DNA from: an uncultured Acidobacteriota bacterium
GTDB taxonomy: Bacteria > Acidobacteriota > Vicinamibacteria > Vicinamibacterales > Fen-181
NCBI GenBank assembly: GCA_963724775.1
Contig: CAVRWB010000005.1
Coordinates: 42,357-106,356 of the forward strand
Direction: 5' to 3'
Length of the DNA stretch: 64,000 nt
Positions 1 through 13,791 of the stretch are shown here, piece by piece; the stretch's first letter is position 1, and each line of letters opens with the position of its first letter. The notes beneath the pieces were generated by a model. That model saw only the letters and a program-made list of their open reading frames with translations, had not been told where the DNA came from and ran no database searches. The position numbers and the translations under genes are program-made.

Positions 1-575
1 TTCACCTTCTGCCTGACGACGTCCGGCGTGTCGATGCCGATGGTGAAGGTGGTGTAGGGCGTCTTCGCGGGGTCGTAGCCCCAGATGTTGTACCAGGGCT
101 GTCCCATCAGCCGGCCGACGAGATCGTGCAGCGCGATGTCCACCGAGGCTTTCGCCGCCGCGTTGCCGGGAGCGATCGCGTCGATGTCCGCGAGGATCGT
201 CTCGAGCTCGAACGGGTTCGCGTAGCGCGAGAGGTCCACCTTCGACAGGAAGGCAATGCAGCTCTCCTGGCTCTCGCCAAGATAGGGCGGCATCGACGCC
301 TCGCCGTACCCGACCACGCCGTCGTACTCGATCTCCGTCAACACGTCGGGCGTGGTCGTCCGCGACGATGTGGCGATCGTGAAGACATGGCGCAGCTGGA
401 TGGTGAAGGGCCGGAAGCGCAGCGTCATGCGCGCGCCAGGCACCCGGGGACGCCGCGCGGTTTTGCTTTGCGCGCCCGCCTGCGGGCCAGTCTCGGCGCC
501 GGACGCCGCCGGGGCCAGGAGGGCCGCGCCGGTCAGAGCGGTGTGCTTGATGAAATCGCGTCGGTCGCAAGACAT
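1..575 (-). CDS. Enolase-superfamily dipeptide epimerase (L-Ala-D/L-Glu epimerase-like), N-terminal part with twin-arginine signal; runs off the left edge
   Basis: Own translation of the minus strand from ATG 575..573: MSCDRRDFIKHTALTGAALLAPAASGAE...RFRPFTIQLRHVFTIATSSRTTTPDVLTEIEYDGVVGYGEASMPPYLGESQES...AAKASVDIALHDLVGRLMGQPWYNIWG. This resembles the N-terminal capping domain of MR/MLE-family dipeptide epimerases, and RRDFIK is a Tat motif. It is absent from the ORF track because it has no stop inside the window. Confidence 0.7.
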   Translation of the reverse strand, partial: MSCDRRDFIKHTALTGAALLAPAASGAETGPQAGAQSKTARRPRVPGARMTLRFRPFTIQLRHVFTIATSSRTTTPDVLTEIEYDGVVGYGEASMPPYLGESQESCIAFLSKVDLSRYANPFELETILADIDAIAPGNAAAKASVDIALHDLVGRLMGQPWYNIWGYDPAKTPYTTFTIGIDTPDVVRQKV

Positions 576-584
576 GCGAAGCCT

Positions 585-1001
585 TCAGTGGTTGAGGAAC
601 TCGCCGCCCGTGAGCTGTTCGAGGCGCTGCAGGAGCATGCGGTATCCATCGGGCTTGAGAAACAGGTGGGCGCGATGGCGGCGGATCAACTCCTGCTCCT
701 CGGGCTCGAGCGAGTGCCCGGTGAGCACGAAGACCGGGAGCCGGGAGAACCCGTTGTGCAGCCGGATGAACGCGAGGACCTCGAGACCTGTCCGGCCCCA
801 CCCCATGGGATCGGGCAGCCGCACGTCGAGGACGACCGCGTCCACCGGCGCCTGATCCAGCGCGTTGAGCGCGTTGTCCACGTCCATCGCCTCGGAAACG
901 ATGTACCCCGCCTCTTGAAGATAGCGGCGCAGAAACGTGCGGATGGCCGGCTCGTCGTCCACGATCAGCACCCGGGGCTGATGCGCGGGATCGCGCCGCA
1001 C
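585..1001 (-). CDS. Stand-alone response regulator receiver (CheY-like); start uncertain (GTG 1001 preferred, ATG 1109 possible)
   Basis: ORF 585..1109 minus contains RVLIVDDEPAIRTFLRRYLQEAGYIV...VDAVVLDVRLPDPMGWG...LPVFVLTGH...FLKPDG, which covers the receiver DD, D and K motifs. There is no output domain. The stop lies 10 nt upstream of the epimerase ATG. Confidence 0.8.
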   Translation of the reverse strand: MRRDPAHQPRVLIVDDEPAIRTFLRRYLQEAGYIVSEAMDVDNALNALDQAPVDAVVLDVRLPDPMGWGRTGLEVLAFIRLHNGFSRLPVFVLTGHSLEPEEQELIRRHRAHLFLKPDGYRMLLQRLEQLTGGEFLNH

Positions 1002-1020
1002 GACGGGAGCGGCCCCGGCG

Positions 1021-1305
1021 TCATCGGCAGAGACCGCGGGCGCGACGCCATAGTGCAGGCACGGGCGCCGCGGCGGCCGGCGCCTCGTCGTCCATCGGCA
1101 TCCAGCCACGCGACTCCAGCGTTCCCTTGAACTCCCCGGCGCGCTTCTCCAGGCGAACCGGATCGTGGAACGCCTCCGTCAGGAACAGCTCGTCGCCCCA
1201 GAGGACGCGCAGCTCGAGGCCCGACGAGGTCCGCCGCCGCATGCAGCGCACGTCGCGGCCGTGACCCCGCAGACACCACAGGAGCGTGCCTTCGTCAGCT
1301 GCCAT
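1021..1305 (-). CDS. Hypothetical small protein (94 aa)
   Basis: This is the last 94 codons of the otherwise spurious ORF 1021..2832. They start at ATG 1305..1303 (MAADEGTLLWCLRGHGRDVRCMRRRTSSGLELRVLWGDELFLTEAFHDPVRLEKRAGEFKGTLESRGW...) and show strong G/C third-position bias. I do not recognise a family. Confidence 0.4.
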   Translation of the reverse strand: MAADEGTLLWCLRGHGRDVRCMRRRTSSGLELRVLWGDELFLTEAFHDPVRLEKRAGEFKGTLESRGWMPMDDEAPAAAAPVPALWRRARGLCR

Positions 1306-1372
1306 CGTCTGCCCTCTGGAGGATGTCGGGAACCCCTTCGACCGAAACCCCTGGTAGCCTACACCGAGATGA

Positions 1373-1476
1373 GGAGAACTGAGAACGTAGAACTTAGAAC
1401 GCAGAACTGAGAACGTAGAACTGAGAACCGAGAACGGAGACCCGGAGTACTTCCCGGTTCTCACGTTCTGCGTTCC
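1373..1476. repeat. Intergenic short-tandem-repeat hairpin (GAGAAC-rich arm paired with a GTTCTC arm)
   Basis: The left arm is gagaactgagaacgtagaacttagaacgcagaactgagaacgtagaactgagaaccgagaacgg. After a spacer comes cggttctcacgttctgcgttcc, which is the reverse complement of the last left-arm units. Confidence 0.8.
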
Positions 1477-1496
1477 ACCTTCTCCGCCCGTCCGTC

Positions 1497-2849
1497 CTAT
1501 CGTCCGGGTTCCCGGTAGATCCGGCCGTCCTTCATGACGAAGACGACGTTGCGACAGGCGGTGGCATCCCGCGTCGGATCGCCGGCGACGGCGACGAGGT
1601 CGGCGAGGAGGCCAGTCTTCACCTGGCCGAACTGGTCGGCCTTGCCGAGCAGCCTCGCGTTGACGGAGGTCGCCGCCATGAGCGCCTGCACGGGCGTCAT
1701 CCCGTCGCGCACCATCCACTCGAGCTCGCGGTAGTTGTCGCCGTGCGTGAACACGCCGACGTCGCTTCCCAGACCGATCGTGACGCCGGCCTTGAGCGCC
1801 ACTTTGAAGGCCGCCGCCACGCGCTCCATGTCGGCGGACGGCGGCGTGACGCCCGGCTTGTAGCCGCGGAAATACTCCGAATACGACTCCTCGGTGGCGA
1901 GCGTCGGGAACCACGCCACCTTGCGTTCGGCCATGAGGCGGAAGACTTCCTCGGTGCCCCCGTAGCCGTGCTCGACCGTCTGGACGCCCGCGAGCACCGA
2001 GCGCCGCATCCCCTCCGCGGTCGTCGCATGCGAGGCCACCGGGCGGCCGGCGCTGTGCGATTCCTCGACCAGCGTCTTCAGTTCGTCGAGCGAGAAGGTC
2101 GGCGCGGCGTCGCCGTTGGGGCCGCGTCCGTAGTCGGCGTACACCTTCACCCAGTCGGCGCCGTGGCCCACCTGGTCGCGCACGGCCCTCAGGATCTCCG
2201 CGGTGCCGCTCGCTTCCTGCGCCCCCTTCGGGGGCACGAACTCCGGCGCGAAGCCCTTCGGCCCCGGCCCGTAGCTGCCGGTGGCCACGATCGCGAGCGT
2301 GGCGACGAACAGCCGCGGTCCCGGGATGCGGCCCTCGTTGATCGCGCGCTGCACGGCGACGTCCGCGTAGCCCGCGCCCTCGGTGCCGAGGTCGCGCAGC
2401 GTGGTGAAGCCGGCCATGAGCGTGCGCTGGCAGTGGAGCGTGGCCGCGATGGTGCGGTAGGCCTGCGACTCCTTCAGCACCTGGTCGTTCCATAGCGTCT
2501 CGTTGTACGGGTGCAGGAAGATGTGCGAGTGCGCGTCGATGAGGCCGGGGAGCAATGTCGCGCCGGGCAGGTCGATCGTCCGCGATCCTGCGGGCGGCCG
2601 TACGTCGGCCGCCGGACCCACCGCCGCGATCTTGTTGCCCGTGACGAGCACGACCCACGCTTCGTGTGGCTGCTCGGTGGCCGCGTCGAACACCCGCGCC
2701 GGGCGAAGGAGGACGGTGGCCGCCGCGGAGGCAGGCGACTGCGCCGCCGGGCGCACCTGCGCGCCGAGCATCACCGGCCGCGAGACGGCAATCGAGAGGC
2801 ACGCGGCGGCAAGCGCCGCGAGGGCCAGGCATCGAAGCGAAAAGCGCAT
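1497..2849 (-). CDS. Secreted amidohydrolase-family metallo-hydrolase (imidazolonepropionase / Xaa-Pro dipeptidase-like)
   Basis: The real start is [23 protein letters not shown] (ATG 2849, AAGGAG upstream). Supporting motifs are [13 protein letters not shown] (HxH metal site), [21 protein letters not shown] and GLGSDVG. Confidence 0.85.
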   Translation of the reverse strand: MRFSLRCLALAALAAACLSIAVSRPVMLGAQVRPAAQSPASAAATVLLRPARVFDAATEQPHEAWVVLVTGNKIAAVGPAADVRPPAGSRTIDLPGATLLPGLIDAHSHIFLHPYNETLWNDQVLKESQAYRTIAATLHCQRTLMAGFTTLRDLGTEGAGYADVAVQRAINEGRIPGPRLFVATLAIVATGSYGPGPKGFAPEFVPPKGAQEASGTAEILRAVRDQVGHGADWVKVYADYGRGPNGDAAPTFSLDELKTLVEESHSAGRPVASHATTAEGMRRSVLAGVQTVEHGYGGTEEVFRLMAERKVAWFPTLATEESYSEYFRGYKPGVTPPSADMERVAAAFKVALKAGVTIGLGSDVGVFTHGDNYRELEWMVRDGMTPVQALMAATSVNARLLGKADQFGQVKTGLLADLVAVAGDPTRDATACRNVVFVMKDGRIYREPGR

Positions 2850-2979
2850 GAGGACTCCTTGGGAAACGGTGGCAATGCTAATACAACCGAGACGGACAGA
2901 GGAAGGGTACTGTCGATTGTTGATTGACGATTGACGAATGCCGAATTGGAATCCTCGACATCCGGCTGCCATGGCATCC

Positions 2980-3078
2980 TCGCCAATCGCCAATCGCCAA
3001 TCGCCAATCGCCAATCGCCAATCGCCAATCGCCAATCGCCAATCGCCAGTCGCCAATCGCCAATCGCCAAATCGCCAA
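2980..3078. repeat. Perfect heptamer microsatellite (TCGCCAA)n, about 14 copies
   Basis: Direct reading shows tcgccaa repeated in phase from 2980, with one tcgccag variant and a one-base phase slip near 3071. It decays into aaattcgccaaatcgtaaaatcgctaaatcc up to 3110. A complementary CGATTG-rich stretch lies at 2911..2950. Confidence 0.95.
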
Positions 3079-3115
3079 TGGCTAAATTCGCCAAATCGTA
3101 AAATCGCTAAATCCC

Positions 3116-3844
3116 TCAAATGTCTCCCTCGAGCATCCGCCGCAGTCGTTGAGCGTCTCTCGGCGCGTGGCCGCCGACGTCGTTGTTGAAATAGACGTAG
3201 ATGTTGCGGCCGGCCGCGCGGGGGGCGGCGAGCCAGCCGGCCCATCGGCGGAGCATGTCGTCCGGGTAGCGCCCATCATAGCGTTGCGGCCCGTGGAGGC
3301 GCAGGTAGACGAAAGGTCCAACGAGCACCGGAGGCGTTTCCGAGCCGGTCATGTCGTGCACGCATAGCGCGAAGCGGTGCCGCTGCAGCAGCGCAAGGAC
3401 GTCGTCGCGGTACCAGGAGGGGTCGCGGAACTCGATGGCCTGTGGGTGCCGTTTCGGCGCGGCCTCCAGGAAGGCGCGCAGGCGCTCGATGTCGCAGCCC
3501 CAGCGGGGCGGGAGTTGGTAGAGGACGGGGCCGAACCCGCGGAGGAGGTGCGATGCGCGATCGAAGATCCGCTTCACCGGCTCGACGGGATCCTTCAATC
3601 GCTTGAGATGGGTGAGGTACCGGCTGGCTTTCACCGCGAAGACGAAGCGCGACGGAACGCGCTGGCGCCAGGCGCCAAACGTTCCGGCTTCGGGCAGCCG
3701 GTAGAAGCTGTTGTTCACTTCGACCGTGTCGAAGCGCGTGGCGTAGTGCTCGAGCCAGCGCCAGGCTGGCAGGTCGTCGGGGTAGAAGCTGCCGCGCCAG
3801 TGGCGGTACTGCCACCCCGAACAGCCGATGAGCAACCTCGCCAT
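3116..3844 (-). CDS. DUF72 (YecE-like) family protein
   Basis: The 242-aa ORF reads [22 protein letters not shown]...[15 protein letters not shown]...[13 protein letters not shown]...VYFNND, which is typical DUF72 sequence. Confidence 0.9.
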   Translation of the reverse strand: MARLLIGCSGWQYRHWRGSFYPDDLPAWRWLEHYATRFDTVEVNNSFYRLPEAGTFGAWRQRVPSRFVFAVKASRYLTHLKRLKDPVEPVKRIFDRASHLLRGFGPVLYQLPPRWGCDIERLRAFLEAAPKRHPQAIEFRDPSWYRDDVLALLQRHRFALCVHDMTGSETPPVLVGPFVYLRLHGPQRYDGRYPDDMLRRWAGWLAAPRAAGRNIYVYFNNDVGGHAPRDAQRLRRMLEGDI

Positions 3845-4080
3845 CTGTCGCGTCCCCGGTACCCTCGCTGCGACCGGCGCCTGCCGGTGTCGCCGACAAC
3901 GTCTTCACACCTTCGCACGCTGATTGCCAAAGGTCTTCCGCCCCATCCGCTCCTCAAGATGGTGGGCGCGTTGCTCAACGCCGGGCGGTGCAGCGGCCGG
4001 CGAGGTTGTGGATGAGGCAAGGGCACGCGCGTCGGCGCAACGCGACGTTCTGAGTGGCAGCTGCCGCGCGCGGATTGCCA

Positions 4081-4213
4081 GGCGCTAAGCGCTTCGACTC
4101 GCAATTCCGGCCACGACCGCCTGCCAGCGTGCGTGGCCGGTCCTTCTCGCTCAGCACTTAGTCCTGAGGGCACAAATAGGTTGCCGTATTTGTGCATCGA
4201 AGGGCTAAGCGCC
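4081..4213. repeat. Structured intergenic repeat element, copy A (second copy at 59201..59340)
   Basis: Shares gcttcgactcgcaa...ggccacga...cacttagtcctgagggc-hairpin-gcatcgaagg with copy B. It contains the hairpin GCACAAATA/TATTTGTGC nested inside CTTAGTCCT/AGGGCTAAG. Confidence 0.65.
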
Positions 4214-4421
4214 ACGAGGATTGCACTTTGCAGCTCGCACGCGGCGCCCAGCACAGCGCCCGGCACAAAGGACCCGGCACGGACTCGCTATCGTCCTTCG
4301 TCCCCGGCCCATCCTTTGCTTAGTGTCCGCTTATACACACGAGCCTGCGTCGCCCGATTACACACCTTGGTGCCCCATTGGGTGATCCCACGAGCGTCCA
4401 ACGGGGCAAAGGACCGCGAGG

Positions 4422-10656
<6,235 letters not shown>

Positions 10657-10668
10657 GGGGCGGAGGAC

Positions 10669-12744
10669 ATGGTGAGCGAAACTCTGGAGGGCACGGCGCG
10701 GACCCAGGAGGAACGGGCGCCGGTGCGCATCCTCGTCGTGGACGACCGGCCGGAGAACCTGCTGGCGCTCGCGGCGATTCTCGACGCGCCAGACCGCGCG
10801 CTGGTCCTCGCGCGATCCGGCCGCCAGGCTCTGCGCGAGCTGCTTCGGCAGCCGTTCGCGCTGATCCTGCTCGACGTCAACATGCCGGAGATGGACGGCT
10901 TCGACACGGCGCAGCTGATCCGGACGCGCCCGGCGTCGGCGCACACCCCCATCATCTTCATTACTGCCGACCACGACGAGCGTCTCGCCACGCGGTCGTA
11001 CGCCATGGGCGCCGTGGACTACATCTTCGCGCCGGTGAACCCGGAAGTGCTTCGGGCGAAAGCGGCCGTGTTCGTCGAGCTGTTCCGCAAGACCGAGGAG
11101 AACCGCCTGCAGGCGGAGCAGCTGCGGCTGGCGGAAGAACGGCTGCGCCGCCAGGCCGAGCAGCAGCTGCGCGAAGCCGACGAGCGGCTGCGGCTCACCG
11201 TCGAGAGCGTCAGCGACTACGCCATCTTCTCACTCGACACGCACGGCCGGATCGCCACGTGGAACGCCGGCGCCACGCGGCTCTTCGGCTTCGACGACAG
11301 CGACGCCCTCGGCAGCGAGTGCGCGATGCTGTTTCCGCCCGAAGCGCGCGACGAGGAGCCGCACTGGCGAAAGGCCCTGGCCGAAGGGCGCACCGAGATC
11401 GAGGGGTGGTTCGAGCGGAAGGGGGGCACGCGGTTCTTCGGACGGGGCGTGGTGACCGCCATGCGGGACCCGACCGGCGAGATCCTTGGCTACAGCAAGG
11501 TCGTGCAGGACGTGACGGGGCGGAAGCAGGCCGAGGAAGCGCTCGCCCGCCAGGCCGAGCAGCTGCAGGAAGCCAATCGCCTGAAGGACGAGTTCCTCGC
11601 GGTGCTGTCGCACGAGCTGCGGACGCCGCTCAACGCGATCATCGGGTGGACGCACATGCTGCGGCGCGAGAGCCTGGAGCCGGCCGTCGCCCGGCAGGCG
11701 CTCGATGCCATCGCCCGCAACGGCCAGGCGCAGCTGGGCCTGGTCAACGACATCCTCGACGTCTCGCGGTTCATGGCGGGCAAGCTGCGCCTCAATCTCT
11801 CGACGGTGGATCTGCGAGACGTCGTCCGCGCGGCCGCGGACACCGGCGCCGTCACGGCGGGAGCGAAGGGAGTGGAGTTGCGGCTCCAGGTGGGAGACGA
11901 GCCGCTCCCCGTGAACGGCGACGCGGAACGCTTGCGGCAGGTGGTCTCGAACCTGGTGTCCAACGCCGTGAAGTTCACACCGTCGGGCGGCCATGTGACC
12001 GTCACCGTGGCGCGGCGCCACGACACGGCCTGCGTGTCGGTGTCCGACGACGGGATGGGCATCGCACCGGCGTTTCTGCCGCACGTCTTCGAACGCTTCC
12101 GCCAGGCCGATTCGTCGAGCGTCCGCGCTCACGGCGGCCTGGGCCTCGGCCTCGCGATCGTCCGGCACCTCGTCGAGTTGCACGGCGGCATCGCGCGGGC
12201 GGAAAGCGCCGGGACGGGCCGCGGCTCGCTGTTCGAGATCGTGCTGCCAGCGCTCGCGGACGCCCCACGCTCCTCGCAGCGCCGGGCGTACGCGCCCGTC
12301 CCGCGCGCGCTGGCTGCCGCGGAAGCGGCCGACGCGGCGAAGCCCGTCAACGTCCCCGGCGTCCGCTGCCTGGTCGTGGACGACGACCCGGACGCGAGGG
12401 CGATGCTGAAGGTGGCGCTCGAGCGGCGCGGGATGATCGTGACCGTCGCCGACTCGGCGAGCGCCGCGATGGACCAGGTGCAGTCGGCGCAGCTGCTGCT
12501 GGCGGACATCGGCATGCCGGGCGAGGACGGCTATTCGCTGATCCGCCGCGTCCGCGGTCTGCCTGCCGACCGCGGCGGGCGCGTGCCGGCCGTCGCGCTC
12601 ACCGCTTATGCGAGCGAGCGCGATCGCGACCTCGCGTTGGCCGCCGGCTTCGACCGCCACATCGCCAAGCCGGTGCAGCACGCGGAGCTGCTGCAGGTCA
12701 TCACGGAGTTGATGAAAGAGACGACGACGCCGCCGCCAGGGTAG
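10669..12744 (+). CDS. Hybrid histidine kinase: REC - coiled coil - PAS - HisKA - HATPase - REC
   Basis: The 691-aa ORF has GGAGGA upstream of its ATG. Supporting motifs are [12 protein letters not shown]...[13 protein letters not shown] (REC), a PAS-like [56 protein letters not shown] and a C-terminal REC ([11 protein letters not shown]...[13 protein letters not shown]...HIAKP). Confidence 0.9.
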   Translation: MVSETLEGTARTQEERAPVRILVVDDRPENLLALAAILDAPDRALVLARSGRQALRELLRQPFALILLDVNMPEMDGFDTAQLIRTRPASAHTPIIFITADHDERLATRSYAMGAVDYIFAPVNPEVLRAKAAVFVELFRKTEENRLQAEQLRLAEERLRRQAEQQLREADERLRLTVESVSDYAIFSLDTHGRIATWNAGATRLFGFDDSDALGSECAMLFPPEARDEEPHWRKALAEGRTEIEGWFERKGGTRFFGRGVVTAMRDPTGEILGYSKVVQDVTGRKQAEEALARQAEQLQEANRLKDEFLAVLSHELRTPLNAIIGWTHMLRRESLEPAVARQALDAIARNGQAQLGLVNDILDVSRFMAGKLRLNLSTVDLRDVVRAAADTGAVTAGAKGVELRLQVGDEPLPVNGDAERLRQVVSNLVSNAVKFTPSGGHVTVTVARRHDTACVSVSDDGMGIAPAFLPHVFERFRQADSSSVRAHGGLGLGLAIVRHLVELHGGIARAESAGTGRGSLFEIVLPALADAPRSSQRRAYAPVPRALAAAEAADAAKPVNVPGVRCLVVDDDPDARAMLKVALERRGMIVTVADSASAAMDQVQSAQLLLADIGMPGEDGYSLIRRVRGLPADRGGRVPAVALTAYASERDRDLALAAGFDRHIAKPVQHAELLQVITELMKETTTPPPG

Positions 12745-12787
12745 CGGGCAGCGGGCAGCGGGCGGGCATTCTGGAAAGCGCAGGATT

Positions 12788-13490
12788 TCAGCCCTGCTCC
12801 TTCTCGAGCTTCTCCATCTTTCCGGCGTCGAGGACCTGCAGCAGCTCGGACACCAGCACCTGCTCGGGGACGGCGCCTTCCACGTGGATCACCTCGTTGA
12901 TGACGGTGCGCGGCACGCCGTAGACGTGGTACTTGTTGGAAAGGTGGGGAAACTCCGTTGCCTCGACGCAGTCCGCGGTGATCAGGTCGCTGGCGAAGGC
13001 GAGCTTGTGGGCGAGCAGCACGGCTCGCGGGCAGTGCGGTCACGTGGGTGTGACGAACACCTGGATGTGGACCGGCTCCTTCAGCTGTCCGATGGCCGAC
13101 AGGGTCTCCTCGCTCAAGCCGTGCTTGCCGGAGCCCACCATGCGCAGGTCCTCGAGCAGGTTGCTGAACTCGTAGCCCGCCGGGATTCCGAAGAACCGGA
13201 TGCGCGCGGACGCCGGCTCCGCGCCGTCGGCCGCCAGGACGATGGCCGGGATCTTGTCCACACCATACGCCTTCGCGAGCGCCTCGTCGGCCTGGAAGTC
13301 CTTCACCTCGAGCGACACCTTGTCGGACAGCGCGGCCACCTCCTGGGCAAGCTCGCGCGTTTCGCTGCAGGTACTGGCATTCGAGCGCGCCGCCGTCGCC
13401 CTGCGTGAACATCACCATCCGCACCGGCCGCTCGATGGCGGACAGCGCCGCCTGAACCTGCTTGCGCACGCGATCGTCGAGAAGAGGCAT
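12788..13490 (-). CDS. PDO-type (glutaredoxin-like, double thioredoxin fold) protein disulfide oxidoreductase; in-frame TGA at 13042..13040 (Sec candidate) and a 1-nt frameshift near 13370
   Basis: Three ORF-track pieces join into one family-typical protein of about 233 aa. The pieces are [40 protein letters not shown] | [25 protein letters not shown]...HIQVFVTPT | TGA | [48 protein letters not shown]... Confidence 0.7.
13011..13028 (-). other. Candidate bacterial SECIS-like hairpin downstream of the in-frame UGA
   Basis: The mRNA sense reads UGA-ccgcacugccc-GCGAGC-CGUGCU-GCUCGC. This is a perfect 6-bp stem with a 6-nt loop containing GU, starting 11 nt after the UGA. Confidence 0.35.
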
Positions 13491-13513
13491 GGGACCCCCT
13501 GACGGGAGAATCT

Positions 13514-13606
13514 GGCAATTTGTCGATTTGTCGATTTTTCGATTTTACGATTCTGGGTGGAAATCGCCAAATCGCGAAATTGCCACAATCGCCAAATCAC
13601 AAATCC
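13514..13606. repeat. Intergenic AT-rich short-tandem-repeat hairpin (CGATTT arm versus AAATCG arm)
   Basis: ggcaatttgtcgatttgtcgatttttcgattttacgatt - ctgggtgg - aaatcgccaaatcgcgaaattgccacaatcgccaaatcac. The right arm shares the AAATCGCCAA word with the 2980..3110 array. Confidence 0.8.
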
Positions 13607-13791
13607 GTCATCGGCCCTGGGCAGGCGTCCCGCCAGGCATTCCCGCCAGGCGTGGTGCGCAAGGCTTCCGGCTCGCCGATCGCCTCCGCCGCGCCGGTCG
13701 CTTCCGCTCCGCCGATCGCGGCGGCTTGCCTGGCGCGCCGCGCCGCCGTAGACTGCTGTCGGCTCACGTCGCATCTCGATCCTCAACAGTC

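Noticed and set aside
126-1130. 334-aa plus-strand ORF at the left edge
   Set aside because: It is antisense to the epimerase and response-regulator genes. Its translation is Arg/Gly/Ala-rich without motifs, whereas the minus strand gives clear enolase-superfamily and receiver sequence.
1021-2832. 603-aa minus-strand ORF overlapping the amidohydrolase gene
   Set aside because: It is an out-of-frame shadow over 1497..2832. Only its last 94 codons (1305..1021), which lie outside the amidohydrolase gene, look coding, and those are reported separately.
2771-3189. ORFs encoding RLAIGDW / SPIANRQ peptide repeats across the heptamer array
   Set aside because: A 7-nt unit cycles through all three frames, so any frame yields the same 7-aa repeat. 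There is no start or RBS context, and the repeat continues into non-coding-looking AT-rich decay. I treated it as a DNA microsatellite, not a gene.
12788-13339. Treating 13040..13339 and 12788..13021 as two independent small thioredoxin genes separated by a normal stop
   Set aside because: The downstream piece would begin at a GTG inside the CPHC-RAV segment and lack its own redox cysteine and RBS. The two pieces are in frame and together reproduce the fixed two-domain PDO architecture. A plain nonsense mutation (pseudogene) remains a live alternative and is stated in the finding.
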